The notes: generated from the sequence alone by a model not told the origin. Positions 44,092 to 54,707 are shown, counted from the stretch's first letter. The stretch: DNA of 64,000 bases from an uncultured virus (IMG/VR IMGVR_UViG_3300002460_002270) (IMGVR_UViG_3300002460_002270); one strand, 5' to 3'. Made by a program: numbers and translations.

Positions 44092-44146
44092 GTGGTAGAC
44101 TATACAAGGCTGCTGGACTCGGGTTCAGTGAAGGAGATGCTATAGC

Positions 44147-45457
44147 TTGAAGAAGACATTTTGCCTCGACACGAACGTGTTCCTGTACGACCCAAGGGCC
44201 GTCTTTTCGTTTGAGGACAATGACGTCGTCATACCTTTAGCCGTCCTGGAGGAGATCGACAAGCAGAAGCAGCGATGCGATGACGCTGGAAAGAACGCGC
44301 GCGCGACCAACAGGCTGCTTGATGAGCTGCGACAGAGGGGGAACATCGTCACGGGCGTTGAGCTTCCCGGCGGTGGGATGCTTCGCATTCTCAAGAGCCG
44401 CTACAACGCGGGCCTGATGCCGGCTGAGCTCGATCCAGACAAGGTCGATAACTTCATAATCTCATCGGTCATAGAGCTTCAGCAGGAGCTTGAGATGCCT
44501 GTCATGCTGGTGACGAAGGACATCAGCATGCGCATAAAGTGTGACACGCTGGGCGTGCCATGCGATGACTATCTGAAGCATCGCGTTGCCGGTGCCGCTG
44601 AGTCGATATACGGAGGCGTCCAGGTCACGTCCATCCCGCGGCAGACGATGGACGCATTCTACCGTGAGAAGTTGCTGTCAGCCACGGGGCTCGACCTATC
44701 ACACGAGCCCTTCCCTAATGAGTTCGTTGTGTTGAAGTGTGATGAGTCACCATCGGGCTCAGCGCTTGCGAGGTTCATCGGTGGTGTGCTTCGACCTATC
44801 CACGTGCGTGATGAGGTCTGGGGCCTGCGACCTCGAAACAAGGAACAGAAGCTTGCGTTTGATGCGTTGTTGGATGATGATATCAAGCTCGTGTCGCTCA
44901 TCGGCATGGCTGGGTGTGGAAAGAGCCTTCTAGCTCTTGCAGCAGGCGTGAAGCAGGTCCTTGAGGACAAGAAGTATAGCAAGATGATTGTCACACGCCC
45001 CATCCAGCCCATGGGCCGTGACATAGGCTATCTTCCGGGAACGAAGGAGGAGAAGATGGAGCCCTGGATACAGCCCATCATGGACAATCTCGAGTTCCTG
45101 TTCGGTCCCAACAAGAACAAGAGCACGCTTGAGATGTATTTCAGCTCTGGTGTGTTTGAGGTTGAGGCCCTAACATACATCAGGGGGCGCTCGATCCCGA
45201 ACGCATACCTGCTCGTAGATGAGGCTCAAAACCTTACGGTGCATGAGCTTAAGACGATAATCACACGTGTGGGTGAGGGGACAAAGCTGGTCCTTACAGG
45301 CGACATAGAGCAGATAGACAACGACCAGATAGATGCTGTGTCGAACGGATTGACATATGCAGTTGAGAAATTTAAGAATGTAGAGTTGGCTGCGCATATA
45401 ACTCTCATCAAGGGAGAGCGGAGCGCGCTAGCCTCGCTAGCGGCTGAAATTTTATGA
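44147..45457 (+). CDS. phoH: PIN-PhoH (PhoH2/YlaK-like) ATPase
   Basis: LDTNV, VLEEID, GMAGCGKS, GYLPG, YIRGRSI, DEAQN, GDIEQID. Confidence 0.92.
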   Translation: MKKTFCLDTNVFLYDPRAVFSFEDNDVVIPLAVLEEIDKQKQRCDDAGKNARATNRLLDELRQRGNIVTGVELPGGGMLRILKSRYNAGLMPAELDPDKVDNFIISSVIELQQELEMPVMLVTKDISMRIKCDTLGVPCDDYLKHRVAGAAESIYGGVQVTSIPRQTMDAFYREKLLSATGLDLSHEPFPNEFVVLKCDESPSGSALARFIGGVLRPIHVRDEVWGLRPRNKEQKLAFDALLDDDIKLVSLIGMAGCGKSLLALAAGVKQVLEDKKYSKMIVTRPIQPMGRDIGYLPGTKEEKMEPWIQPIMDNLEFLFGPNKNKSTLEMYFSSGVFEVEALTYIRGRSIPNAYLLVDEAQNLTVHELKTIITRVGEGTKLVLTGDIEQIDNDQIDAVSNGLTYAVEKFKNVELAAHITLIKGERSALASLAAEIL

Positions 45458-46560
45458 TGTTTGTTTGTGATATATGTGGTAGACAGGCTTTGACTCACCG
45501 CGGAAACATGATACATCGTAGTAGTCACGACCCAGAAAATCAGAAACGTAGATCAGAAGCTGCAAGAAAATCATTAAATCGTCCTAAAACCAGAGAAAAG
45601 TTAAGAAAATCTCAAAAGGAAGCACAGAATCGTCCTGAAGTTAAGGCACGTCATAAAGCAACAAGTGCTCGTCCTGATGTTAAAGAACGTAGAAGCAGAG
45701 CACAGAAGGAAGCCCAGAATCGTCCTGAGACAAAAGAACGACACAGAGCAGTAGCAAAGGAAGCACAGAATCGTCCTGAAGTCAAAGCACGACGTAAAGT
45801 GACGGATTTACACCCTGAGACAAAAGAGCGTAGAAGTAGAGCAGCAAAGAAAGCTTCGAATCGTCCTGAAGTCAAAGAAAGACAGCGCAAGTCAGCTTTA
45901 ATTGCAGGCTCCCGTCCTGATGTTAAAGAACGTAGAAGCAGAGCACAGAAGGAAGCACAGAATCGACCTGAAACTAAAGAGCGACACAGAGTAGCAGCTG
46001 AAAAGCTGTGGCGCCGTGTTGACATCAGAGAACGCGTAAAGGAAACAAACGCTCGTCCTGAAACAAAAGAACGCAGAAACAGAGGTTTAAAGAAACGATG
46101 GGCTAAGCCTGGAGCTAAAGAACATCAAAGTAAAATTCAAAAAGAGATTCAGAAACGTCCTGGCGTTCGTAAAAAATGTCATGAGACGATGAAACGCAAT
46201 GGGTCGTATAGAAAAAAGACTAAACCTGAAGCTATTCTTGAACAGCATCTTACGTCATTATTCGGTGAACATGATGTTGTGTATCAAAAATTTGTAAATC
46301 GTTGGCCCATTGATTTTTATATCAAAAGTACGAATGTTTATATCCAGATGGATGGCATGCATTGGCATGGGTTAGATCGTCCTTTGGAAGAAATTATGAA
46401 GTGTAAAACTCGACATGATGAATCAATCTTAAAAAAGATAAAGATAGACGCTGAACAGAATCAGTGGTTTCAAAAGAATCAGATGAAGCTATTTCGTATT
46501 TGTGAAGACGACGTGCTGTCATCAAATTACACTGAATTAGACGCTTGGTTATGCGCTTAA
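45454..46560 (+). CDS. putative homing endonuclease: C2H2 finger, 13/17-aa helical repeats, Vsr/DUF559-like nuclease
   Basis: CDIC...H...H; about 14 RP(E/D)xK repeats; TKPE...IDFY...IQMDGMHWHG; AT-rich. Confidence 0.75.
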   Translation: MMFVCDICGRQALTHRGNMIHRSSHDPENQKRRSEAARKSLNRPKTREKLRKSQKEAQNRPEVKARHKATSARPDVKERRSRAQKEAQNRPETKERHRAVAKEAQNRPEVKARRKVTDLHPETKERRSRAAKKASNRPEVKERQRKSALIAGSRPDVKERRSRAQKEAQNRPETKERHRVAAEKLWRRVDIRERVKETNARPETKERRNRGLKKRWAKPGAKEHQSKIQKEIQKRPGVRKKCHETMKRNGSYRKKTKPEAILEQHLTSLFGEHDVVYQKFVNRWPIDFYIKSTNVYIQMDGMHWHGLDRPLEEIMKCKTRHDESILKKIKIDAEQNQWFQKNQMKLFRICEDDVLSSNYTELDAWLCA

Positions 46561-46594
46561 CATCGGCGCTTACCTCACTCGCTGCAGAGATACT

Positions 46595-46624
46595 GTGAAC
46601 ACGCAGACGATGATGCGTTAAAAT
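46595..46624 (+). promoter_or_regulatory. class-A promoter GTGAAC-N18-TAAAAT (leaderless)
   Basis: GTG start 5 nt after the -10 box; heads the glycosylation cluster. Confidence 0.55.
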
Positions 46625-46629
46625 CTGAC

Positions 46630-48564
46630 GTGTCATTCTTCAACCTAGAACAGAAGCTGTTTGAGAGGGATGTGTCAATCCCTGATGGGACAGATGTGGT
46701 CTTCGTCTCAGACATGTTCGTCGAGGACTATATCGGGGGGGCTGAGCTGACGTTCGAGGCGCTGATCGAGTCGTGTCCGTTGGCTGTCTTTAAGCTGCAC
46801 TCAAAGGATGTGACGATGGAGCTTCTCGAGAAGGGCTTCCAGAAGCACTGGATATTCGGGAACTTCGCGCAGATGGACTATAAGCTGATACCATCGATAT
46901 GCGCGAACCTGAACTACTCGATTATAGAATGTGACTATAAGCTCTGCAAATATCGTTCAATTGCAAAGCATGAGGACGCTGAACGCGCGTCCTGCAACTG
47001 TCACAATGAGCAGAACGGAAAGCTTGTCTCAGCATTCATGTATGCCGCAAAGAGCCTCTGGTGGATGTCTGAAGGCCAGATGTCGATCTACCATAGCCTC
47101 TTTCCGTTTTTGGCTGAGAAGAAGAACACTGTTCTTTCGTCAGTCTTCAACGATGAGACGTTCGCCTACATCAAGGTCCTACGTGAGCGATACAAGGATG
47201 TTGAGCGAAAGGAATACATTGTCTGCGGGTCTAGCTCTTGGATAAAGGGGACAGCAGATGCCGTCAGGTGGTGCGAGGAGAATGGAAAGGAGTATGAGGT
47301 CGTCTGGAACCTGCCCTACCATGAGCTGCTTGAGAAGCTTGCAAAAGCTGAGGGCCTCGTCTTTCTTCCAAAGGGCGATGACACGTGCCCCAGGCTCGTT
47401 ATTGAGGCGCGTCTGCTCGGTTGCAAGCTGCAGCTGAATGAGCATGTCCAGCATAGGGACGAGATATGGTTCGACACTGATGATATGTTCGACACGGAGG
47501 CCTACCTCTATCTCTCACGTGACAGGTTCTGGAACGGCATCAAGGCTGACATGTCATATCAACCCACGGTCTCTGGATACACGACAACATTCAACTGCAT
47601 CTCACAGGACTACCCGTTCGAGGAGTGCATCGCATCGATGCTCGGGTTCTGTGATGAGGTCGTCGTCGTGGATGGCGGTTCGACAGACGGGACATGGGAG
47701 AGGCTCTCTGATATCGCTGCGAACGAGCCCAGGCTTGTGATACACAGGCAGGCCCGTGATTGGAGCCATCCAAGGTCCGCTGTGTTCGATGGGAGGCAGA
47801 AGGCGTTGGCACGCTCGCTGTGCACGAAGGACTTCTGCTGGCAGATGGACAGCGACGAGGTCGTGCATGAGGACGATGGAAAGAGGGTTAGGGATCTCAC
47901 AAGGCAGCTTCCCAAGGGTGTCCAGCTGCTTGCGTTACCCGTCGTTGAGTATTGGGGCTCGACAGAGAAGGTGCGGTTCGATGTGAACCTCTGGAAGTGG
48001 CGGTTGAGCAGGAACATGCCAGGCATCACGCATGGCATCCCAAGGGAGCTGAGGAGGTTCGATACTGATGGAGAGTTGTTCTCAACCCAGGGCTCCGATG
48101 GATGTGACTACATTAGGAGCGACACGTATGAGCGTGTCCAGTTCGTAACATTCTATACGGCAGACGTGGAGCAGCTGAGACAGAGGGCCTTCACGCAGCC
48201 AGCAGCAAGGGAGCAGCTTGAGGCATGGTTCAATGACGTCCTGAAGCAGCTCCCAGTCGTACAGCACTTCTCATGGTTCAATATCACAAGGAAGGTGAGG
48301 ACCTATCGCGACTTCTGGAGCAGGCACTGGTGCAGCCTGTTCAACATCAAGCTGGATGATACAGCTGAGAATAACATGTTCTTCGACAGACGCTGGAGTG
48401 ATGTGTCTGACGATGAGATAGATGCACTCGCCCTCAGGCTTAAGGATGAGACGGGAGGATGGGTGTTCCATCGAAGGATCGACTTCAATAGGCCTACGCC
48501 ACATCTCAGGTGCGGCATCAAGCAGCCTGCTATGATGGAACAGTGGATGAGGAGGAATTCATGA
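46630..48564 (+). CDS. fused glycosyltransferase (GT-B-like N-half, GT2 C-half)
   Basis: GGAE, PRLVIEA..LGC; DEVVVVDGGSTDGT, QMDSDE. Confidence 0.8.
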   Translation: MSFFNLEQKLFERDVSIPDGTDVVFVSDMFVEDYIGGAELTFEALIESCPLAVFKLHSKDVTMELLEKGFQKHWIFGNFAQMDYKLIPSICANLNYSIIECDYKLCKYRSIAKHEDAERASCNCHNEQNGKLVSAFMYAAKSLWWMSEGQMSIYHSLFPFLAEKKNTVLSSVFNDETFAYIKVLRERYKDVERKEYIVCGSSSWIKGTADAVRWCEENGKEYEVVWNLPYHELLEKLAKAEGLVFLPKGDDTCPRLVIEARLLGCKLQLNEHVQHRDEIWFDTDDMFDTEAYLYLSRDRFWNGIKADMSYQPTVSGYTTTFNCISQDYPFEECIASMLGFCDEVVVVDGGSTDGTWERLSDIAANEPRLVIHRQARDWSHPRSAVFDGRQKALARSLCTKDFCWQMDSDEVVHEDDGKRVRDLTRQLPKGVQLLALPVVEYWGSTEKVRFDVNLWKWRLSRNMPGITHGIPRELRRFDTDGELFSTQGSDGCDYIRSDTYERVQFVTFYTADVEQLRQRAFTQPAAREQLEAWFNDVLKQLPVVQHFSWFNITRKVRTYRDFWSRHWCSLFNIKLDDTAENNMFFDRRWSDVSDDEIDALALRLKDETGGWVFHRRIDFNRPTPHLRCGIKQPAMMEQWMRRNS

Positions 48565-49298
48565 GACGCGTAGACATCAGGCAGAAGCTTGAAGAGATAG
48601 AGTGCCCCGTCAGCGGCATCTCGTTGGGTGACTTTGATACGATAGGCGAGTTCACAGCGAAGAAGGAACGCAGCGCGTCAGACCCGCTCTACAGGCGTGT
48701 AGGGAGGTTTTTTAGGCCGAACTACGAGCGCGGCATATTAGTCTACCACCTGGTAAAGCGCTTTGAGGTCAAGCGCTTCCTAGAGGTGGGGTTCGGTAGG
48801 GGCTACGTCTCATTCTGCGCTGCCAAGGCAATGCATGACATGGGATGGCGTGAAGGTAAGGTCTGGAGCGTTGACCCTGTCCTAGATGAGCAGCACCTCA
48901 AGAACCTCACACAGGTCTTTCCCAAGGAGTGGTTTAGTCATCTGAACCTGCTAAAGGGCACCATCGATGGAGCATTGCAGGCCCTGGGTCCTGAAGTAAG
49001 CTTTGATATGGTGTATGTTGACGGAGACCACAGAGCTGACGCTGTGCGACATGACTGGGAGAGCGTGAGAAACAGGTTCACGCGTTTCGTCCTGTTTGAT
49101 AACTACAATGAAGAGAAGGCTGGCATCGAGGTGAAGGGTGTTATTGATGCGATAGAGGGCTATGAGAAGGAGCTGGTCGTGATGGACAGGAGGATGTTCT
49201 TGGATGATAGAGGAGTTCCTGATGCATCTATTGACTACGGCCAGGTCCTAGTGAAGCATCCCAGCCTTGATATCTCACAGTTCTTGAGTGACTGGTGA
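48561..49298 (+). CDS. class I SAM methyltransferase
   Basis: LEVGFGRG, FDMVYVDGDH. Confidence 0.8.
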   Translation: MRRVDIRQKLEEIECPVSGISLGDFDTIGEFTAKKERSASDPLYRRVGRFFRPNYERGILVYHLVKRFEVKRFLEVGFGRGYVSFCAAKAMHDMGWREGKVWSVDPVLDEQHLKNLTQVFPKEWFSHLNLLKGTIDGALQALGPEVSFDMVYVDGDHRADAVRHDWESVRNRFTRFVLFDNYNEEKAGIEVKGVIDAIEGYEKELVVMDRRMFLDDRGVPDASIDYGQVLVKHPSLDISQFLSDW

Positions 49299-49304
49299 CA
49301 CGCG

Positions 49305-50126
49305 ATGCAGCTGATAGACCTAGGCTACTACAAACACATCTGCGAGCGATACGGTGTCACAGTCGATGCTGCTATAGCACTTGGAACACGTGCCAACGGT
49401 CGCAGGCCTGACCTGCCCGGTTCATCGACGTGTGCTCCTGTCGTTGGGATGACGCATGAAGAGATATGGGACATGCGTGACAGGAGCACGGAAGAAAGTG
49501 TGTTTCAGTTCTATGAGGATCAGGGTGCGTGGAGCACATTTCGACAGGTCGTTAGACATAGCGCGCTGACGCAGCTGCATCTCAACCTGCTTGGACCTTT
49601 GTTGAGAGGAGGCAGCCATGTGTGTGAGTATGGCTGCGGCGTAGCACCGTTCTCTGCATCATTGCTTCAGAACATCACAGGTAGCGACGGAATGGGCCTG
49701 ATGGTCTCTTTGAGTGATGTCCAGTCTGAACATTTCAGGTTCGGTGCGTGGAGACTGGAGAGGATAATCAACGATCGACAGCTTCATGATGTTACGCTAA
49801 GCGTGAAGCCTGTGACAGTCGATGCGTTGCCCAAGTACGATGCTCCCATCGATGTTGCTATCATCTTTGAGGTCCTTGAGCACGTCCCAAGCCCGATTGC
49901 GACAGCGCTGAACATGCTGGAACAGATGGTGCCAGGAGGCTACATCATCGAGAACTTCATAAAGCATGAGAGTCATGAGAATGATGCGTCTGGTCCAAAT
50001 CTTGACTCGGCTGCAAATGAGCGCGATGCATTCTATGCTATCCTCGATGAGAGGATGGAGCTAGCGCTGGGCGGCCCACCTGTCGAGCATCCTAACATGA
50101 CCAGGGTGTGGAGGATGAGACAATGA
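49305..50126 (+). CDS. class I SAM methyltransferase
   Basis: CEYGCGVAP, EVLEHVPSP. Confidence 0.8.
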   Translation: MQLIDLGYYKHICERYGVTVDAAIALGTRANGRRPDLPGSSTCAPVVGMTHEEIWDMRDRSTEESVFQFYEDQGAWSTFRQVVRHSALTQLHLNLLGPLLRGGSHVCEYGCGVAPFSASLLQNITGSDGMGLMVSLSDVQSEHFRFGAWRLERIINDRQLHDVTLSVKPVTVDALPKYDAPIDVAIIFEVLEHVPSPIATALNMLEQMVPGGYIIENFIKHESHENDASGPNLDSAANERDAFYAILDERMELALGGPPVEHPNMTRVWRMRQ

Positions 50127-50851
50127 GCGTCGTCTTCGTCGTTCCGTGCTTCAATGCATCCAAGAACCTCGGGAAGCTGATGTCGTCGTTGGTATCACAG
50201 GATCGCGATCTCTGGCGTGCTGTGTTCATCGATGACGTTAGCGCTGATGACACGCGCCTTGAGCTGGATCGCATCTATGAGTGGGAGAAGTGTCTCGTTC
50301 GCACGGTCTATAACGCTGAGAGGAGGTTTGCGCTCAGGAACATCATTGAGACGGTGCTTGATCCGCTCCAGGAGATCGATGATGATGACATCATTGCAGT
50401 GATAGACGGTGATGACAGCCTATGCAATGATGCCACCGTGGGCCTGCTCATCGACGCGTACGCTGGTGGGAATGTTGAGGTTGCTTGGACAGCCCATAGG
50501 TGGGACGTGAACGGGATGAACATCTCCAAGGAGATGCCACAGAATGTGGACCCATACCAGTTTCCGTGGTGCAGCAGTCACCTGAAGACATTCAGGGCAG
50601 GGCTGCTACGATGTATCGCGATTGAGAACTTCAAGGACCATACGGGATGCTGGTTCAGGCGAGGTTATGACCAGGCGCTCATGCTTCCGCTGCTAAGCAT
50701 CGCCAAGGGTAGGAGAAAGTTCATTCCAGACGTCTGCTACCAATACAACATCAATAGCGTCTCAATGCCCAATAGGGACTGGGCCGAGAGAGAGCAGCTG
50801 CAGACGATAAACTTCGTTCGAGCTAGAGGGCTTGTTTCGTTTGAGTTGTAA
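50123..50851 (+). CDS. GT2 glycosyltransferase
   Basis: VVPCFN, FIDDVSAD, IDGDD. Confidence 0.85.
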   Translation: MSVVFVVPCFNASKNLGKLMSSLVSQDRDLWRAVFIDDVSADDTRLELDRIYEWEKCLVRTVYNAERRFALRNIIETVLDPLQEIDDDDIIAVIDGDDSLCNDATVGLLIDAYAGGNVEVAWTAHRWDVNGMNISKEMPQNVDPYQFPWCSSHLKTFRAGLLRCIAIENFKDHTGCWFRRGYDQALMLPLLSIAKGRRKFIPDVCYQYNINSVSMPNRDWAEREQLQTINFVRARGLVSFEL

Positions 50852-50860
50852 TAGTAGCAT

Positions 50861-51754
50861 ATGCGTCTCCTCTTAGACAACATTGACCTCTCATCACGCT
50901 CCGGCCCAAATGGCTTCGGTCTGAAGCTGGCTCGAGCCCTATCATATCGAGGGCACCAGCTCGTGGACAGGGATGAACGACCAGACATCCAGCTGTCATT
51001 CATTCAGCAGCTATGTGATGCAGCACCAATGGTCCTTAGGCTCGATGGCATCTGGTTCAACTTAATGCACGACTGGCGCGCACAGAATGAGCCCATCCGT
51101 AGAGCGTATGACGCTGCTGAGGCTGTCATCGTCCAGTCAGAGTTTGATAGGAGGCTTGTGCAGCATTATTTCGGAGCCAGGGACGACACGTATGTCATCC
51201 ACAATGGGACTGACATAGAGCTCATCGAGTCGATCGATGCCATGAGTGCCCCGTCGTTGCATGATGTTGAGCATGTCTGGAGCTGTGCAGCGTCATGGAG
51301 GCCCCACAAGAGGCTGTCAGAGAACGTCAGGTATTTCAGGGAGCACTCAGGTCAGAGGGATTGTCTCGTTATTGCGGGTGCGAACCCGGATGTGACAATC
51401 TCTGATCCACGCATCTTCTATGCAGGAGACCTAGATTATGAGACGCTGGCATCACTGTATAGGGCATCAAACTACTTCCTCCACCTTGGGTGGCTTGACC
51501 ACTGCCCTAACACGGTCGTAGATGCTAGGGCAGCGGGGTGCCACATAATCTGTTCATCATCAGGTGGGACTGAGGAGATAGCTGGTCTGAACTCAACTGT
51601 GATAGAGGAAGATGAGTGGGACTTTCGACCCTGCAGGCTCTATGAGCCCCCACAGTTAGACTTCTCTAGGAAGAGACAGGGCAGGTTTGAGTCAGAGATT
51701 GACATCAGCGCTGTCGCTAAGATGTATGAGAGCGTGCTTATGGGTGTCCTATGA
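50861..51754 (+). CDS. GT4-like glycosyltransferase
   Basis: IHNG, HKR, DHCPNTVVDA.AAGC..I.S.SGG..E. Confidence 0.8.
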   Translation: MRLLLDNIDLSSRSGPNGFGLKLARALSYRGHQLVDRDERPDIQLSFIQQLCDAAPMVLRLDGIWFNLMHDWRAQNEPIRRAYDAAEAVIVQSEFDRRLVQHYFGARDDTYVIHNGTDIELIESIDAMSAPSLHDVEHVWSCAASWRPHKRLSENVRYFREHSGQRDCLVIAGANPDVTISDPRIFYAGDLDYETLASLYRASNYFLHLGWLDHCPNTVVDARAAGCHIICSSSGGTEEIAGLNSTVIEEDEWDFRPCRLYEPPQLDFSRKRQGRFESEIDISAVAKMYESVLMGVL

Positions 51755-52716
51755 GGGTCTTTTGCCACATCCCGAGAGAGGGGTGGATAGTCGATAGGAT
51801 CGGCGAAGAGTTCAAGGTAAGCTCATGCCATGATGTGTCATTCACTGATCTTAACTGTGATGTCATCTGGTTGCTTGGGGGTTGGTGCTGGAAGCAGGTC
51901 CCACCTGATGTTCTAGTGACCAGGCCTGTCGTCTGTATGCTCCACCATGAGGTTCCCTTAAAGTTTGTGGGTCAGAGGCTGCATGATTTCAGGGAGCGTG
52001 ATGCATACGTTGATGCCTATAACGTGCCCTGTGAGCAGACACGTGCATTCATCGCTCAGCATACAGATAAGCCCATCCACGTCGTGGGTTACTGGTTGAA
52101 CGCTGGGTTGTGGGATGGATCGACGTTTGATAGGGCACAGTGCAGGCATGAGCTAGGCGTTGCAGACGATGAGTTTGTCATCGGTTCATTCCAGCGTGAC
52201 ACAGAGGGAACAGGAGATCGTGTTCCGAAGCTTGAAAAGGGACCTGACGTCTTCTGTGATGTAGTCGAGGCGTGCACTGGGAGACGTGACAGTTGGTCAG
52301 GACCAGCGCTCAAGAATGTGCATGTGCTATTAAACGCGTGGAGACGAGATTATGTCATCGGAAGGTTGTCTAGGGCTGGTATCAGACACACATACATCGA
52401 GCTTCCTCCGATTGACGTCGTCAAACGCATGTACGCTGCATTAGACCTGTATGTTGTGAGCTCAAGGTATGAGGGAGGCCCTCAGGCCCTTCTTGAGGCT
52501 GCAGCCCTTAGGGTCCCCATCATCTCAACTAGCTGTGGCATGGCAAGTGATGTCCTTCCTGCTAGCTGTGTATACAATAATCTGATGGATGGGTTTTCAT
52601 TGCCCACGTCTGACGATATTGAGCAGGCGCACACAAGAGCAATGTCATTCTCTATGACGACGCATGTCAAGCTGTTCGATGAGATGCTTGAGAACGTTGT
52701 CTCGAGGTTTGCATGA
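51751..52716 (+). CDS. GT4-like glycosyltransferase
   Basis: EKG.D, SRYEGGPQALLEA. Confidence 0.8.
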   Translation: MRVFCHIPREGWIVDRIGEEFKVSSCHDVSFTDLNCDVIWLLGGWCWKQVPPDVLVTRPVVCMLHHEVPLKFVGQRLHDFRERDAYVDAYNVPCEQTRAFIAQHTDKPIHVVGYWLNAGLWDGSTFDRAQCRHELGVADDEFVIGSFQRDTEGTGDRVPKLEKGPDVFCDVVEACTGRRDSWSGPALKNVHVLLNAWRRDYVIGRLSRAGIRHTYIELPPIDVVKRMYAALDLYVVSSRYEGGPQALLEAAALRVPIISTSCGMASDVLPASCVYNNLMDGFSLPTSDDIEQAHTRAMSFSMTTHVKLFDEMLENVVSRFA

Positions 52717-53768
52717 GGGTCTTAATCACGGGTGGAGCTGGATTCATCGGAGGAAACCTTGCTATGCATCTGGCCCGTAGAGGAGATGAGGTCGTCTGCT
52801 TTGATAACCTAGTCCGCCGCGGAAGTGAGCTGAACCTGCAGCGATTTAAGGACGAGAAGAATGTGACGTTCGTCCACGGCGATATTCGAAACGTGGATGA
52901 CTTTCAGAACATGTGCTTCGTTCCCGATGTCGTGCTTGAGTGCGCCGCCCAGCCTACGGCTGTTGATGGTTACAACAACCCATACTACGACTTCTCAAAC
53001 AATACGTTAGGTGTCGTGAATGTCCTTGAGTTTGCCCGTCGAGCATCTGCTGGCGTCGTGTTCTGGAGTACGAACAAGGTCTACGGGGGCGAAGCATGTA
53101 ACAGCATTCCTGTGATAGAGAGCCAGACGCGCTTTGTCTGGGATGCAGGCATGCATACGACTGGCTGGACATCGAGTGGGTTCAATGAGTTAATGAGAGT
53201 CGATGGTGGAGACCACACAATATACGGCGTGACAAAGCTGGCTGCCGACCTGCTCTGTCAGGAGTGGTCTAGGGCGTTTGACATACCCGTCGTAATAAAC
53301 AGGCTGAGTTGCGTGTACGGCCCTCATCAGTTCGGAAAGGCGACACAGGGATGGGTCATGTGGTTCATTCTGGCTAGGTTGTTAGGGGTTGATGATATCA
53401 CATACTGCGGCTTCAAGGGTAAGCAGGTACGTGATTGCCTGTACATAGACGACCTATGCGACCTGATTGAAAAGCAGATAGATGACATAGGGTCACATCG
53501 AGGTTCCTGCTACAATGTTGGAGGCGGGATGAAGAACGCCGTCTCGTTGGTTGAGTTGAACTATCTGTTGGATGGGTTGATGCATGAGGCTAGACCCAAA
53601 GTGAATCATCTAGAACCTAGAAAGAATGATCAGCTCATGTATGTCTCAGATTGTTTTAAGGTCTCACAGAGGTTTAGGTGGAAGCCCACGACGGCATTAA
53701 GAGTGGGGCTTGAGCAGACGATAACATGGGCACGTGAGAACATTGACCAGCTTAGGAAGGTCTTGTAG
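52713..53768 (+). CDS. NAD-dependent sugar epimerase (CDP-paratose 2-epimerase-like SDR)
   Basis: TGGAGFIG, STNKVYG, YGVTK, QGWV, GKQVRD. Confidence 0.85.
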   Translation: MRVLITGGAGFIGGNLAMHLARRGDEVVCFDNLVRRGSELNLQRFKDEKNVTFVHGDIRNVDDFQNMCFVPDVVLECAAQPTAVDGYNNPYYDFSNNTLGVVNVLEFARRASAGVVFWSTNKVYGGEACNSIPVIESQTRFVWDAGMHTTGWTSSGFNELMRVDGGDHTIYGVTKLAADLLCQEWSRAFDIPVVINRLSCVYGPHQFGKATQGWVMWFILARLLGVDDITYCGFKGKQVRDCLYIDDLCDLIEKQIDDIGSHRGSCYNVGGGMKNAVSLVELNYLLDGLMHEARPKVNHLEPRKNDQLMYVSDCFKVSQRFRWKPTTALRVGLEQTITWARENIDQLRKVL

Positions 53769-53792
53769 CAGTCAGCATTATACTTGGGTGAG

Positions 53793-54707
53793 ATGAGAAT
53801 CCTTCTGAACAGAGTGCCGGTGTATGATAGACCATGGGGAGGAGGGAATCTGTTTTTACAGGCATTTTGTGCCGAAGCGCAAATGAGAGGTCACCACATT
53901 GTTTACTCATTTGATGGGATGATAGACGTAGCCTTCGTGCAAGACCCTAGACCATCTTCTGATGTCGGCATATCAATCGATGACATCATCGATTACAAGA
54001 TATCACATCCTAGTATGAAAATCGTGCACCGTGTGAATGAGTGTGATGCTCGTAAAGGGACGAGTATGATGGATGCGTTGTTGCGACAAGTGAGTGAGGT
54101 CTCCGACGTCTCAATCTTTGTCTCAGAGTGGATGAGGGAGTACCACACATCATCGCCAGCCTACCTCGGGGGAAGACATCATGTAATCTACAACGGTGTA
54201 AATCATGACCATTTCAAGCCGTTTGACGGGATTCGAGAGTGCGATAGACCTGTTCGGCTTATCACGCATCATTGGTCTGATAACGTGATGAAAGGAAAAG
54301 ACGTGTATGAGGCGCTTGATCGGTTTATCGGTAGGAGTCCTGGCAGGTTTGAGTTTACGTATGTCGGTAGGCATCAGTGTGATTTCAAGCATACTCGTGT
54401 GTTGTCGTCGCTATACGGACAGAGGTTGGGTGATGAACTGCGTCAACATGATGTGTATGTGAGCGGCAGTCGTTTTGATCCAGGACCTAACCACATCATT
54501 GAAAGCATTTCATGCGGGTTACCCACCTATGTACACAGAAACGGTGGAGGATGTGTAGAGTTTGTGGGTGAAGACCATGTTTTCAATTCTGTGGATGAAC
54601 TGTTTGAATTATTGACGTTGGGACAGTTCGTTAAGAATACGTTCGTTCCTACCACTTGGGAGCAGTGCATGAGCCAGTACTTCAGAGTGATAGAGGAGTT
54701 GATGTGA
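53793..54707 (+). CDS. GT4-like glycosyltransferase
   Basis: PWGGGN, IYNGV, KG, DPGPNHIIE.ISCGLP. Confidence 0.75.
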   Translation: MRILLNRVPVYDRPWGGGNLFLQAFCAEAQMRGHHIVYSFDGMIDVAFVQDPRPSSDVGISIDDIIDYKISHPSMKIVHRVNECDARKGTSMMDALLRQVSEVSDVSIFVSEWMREYHTSSPAYLGGRHHVIYNGVNHDHFKPFDGIRECDRPVRLITHHWSDNVMKGKDVYEALDRFIGRSPGRFEFTYVGRHQCDFKHTRVLSSLYGQRLGDELRQHDVYVSGSRFDPGPNHIIESISCGLPTYVHRNGGGCVEFVGEDHVFNSVDELFELLTLGQFVKNTFVPTTWEQCMSQYFRVIEELM

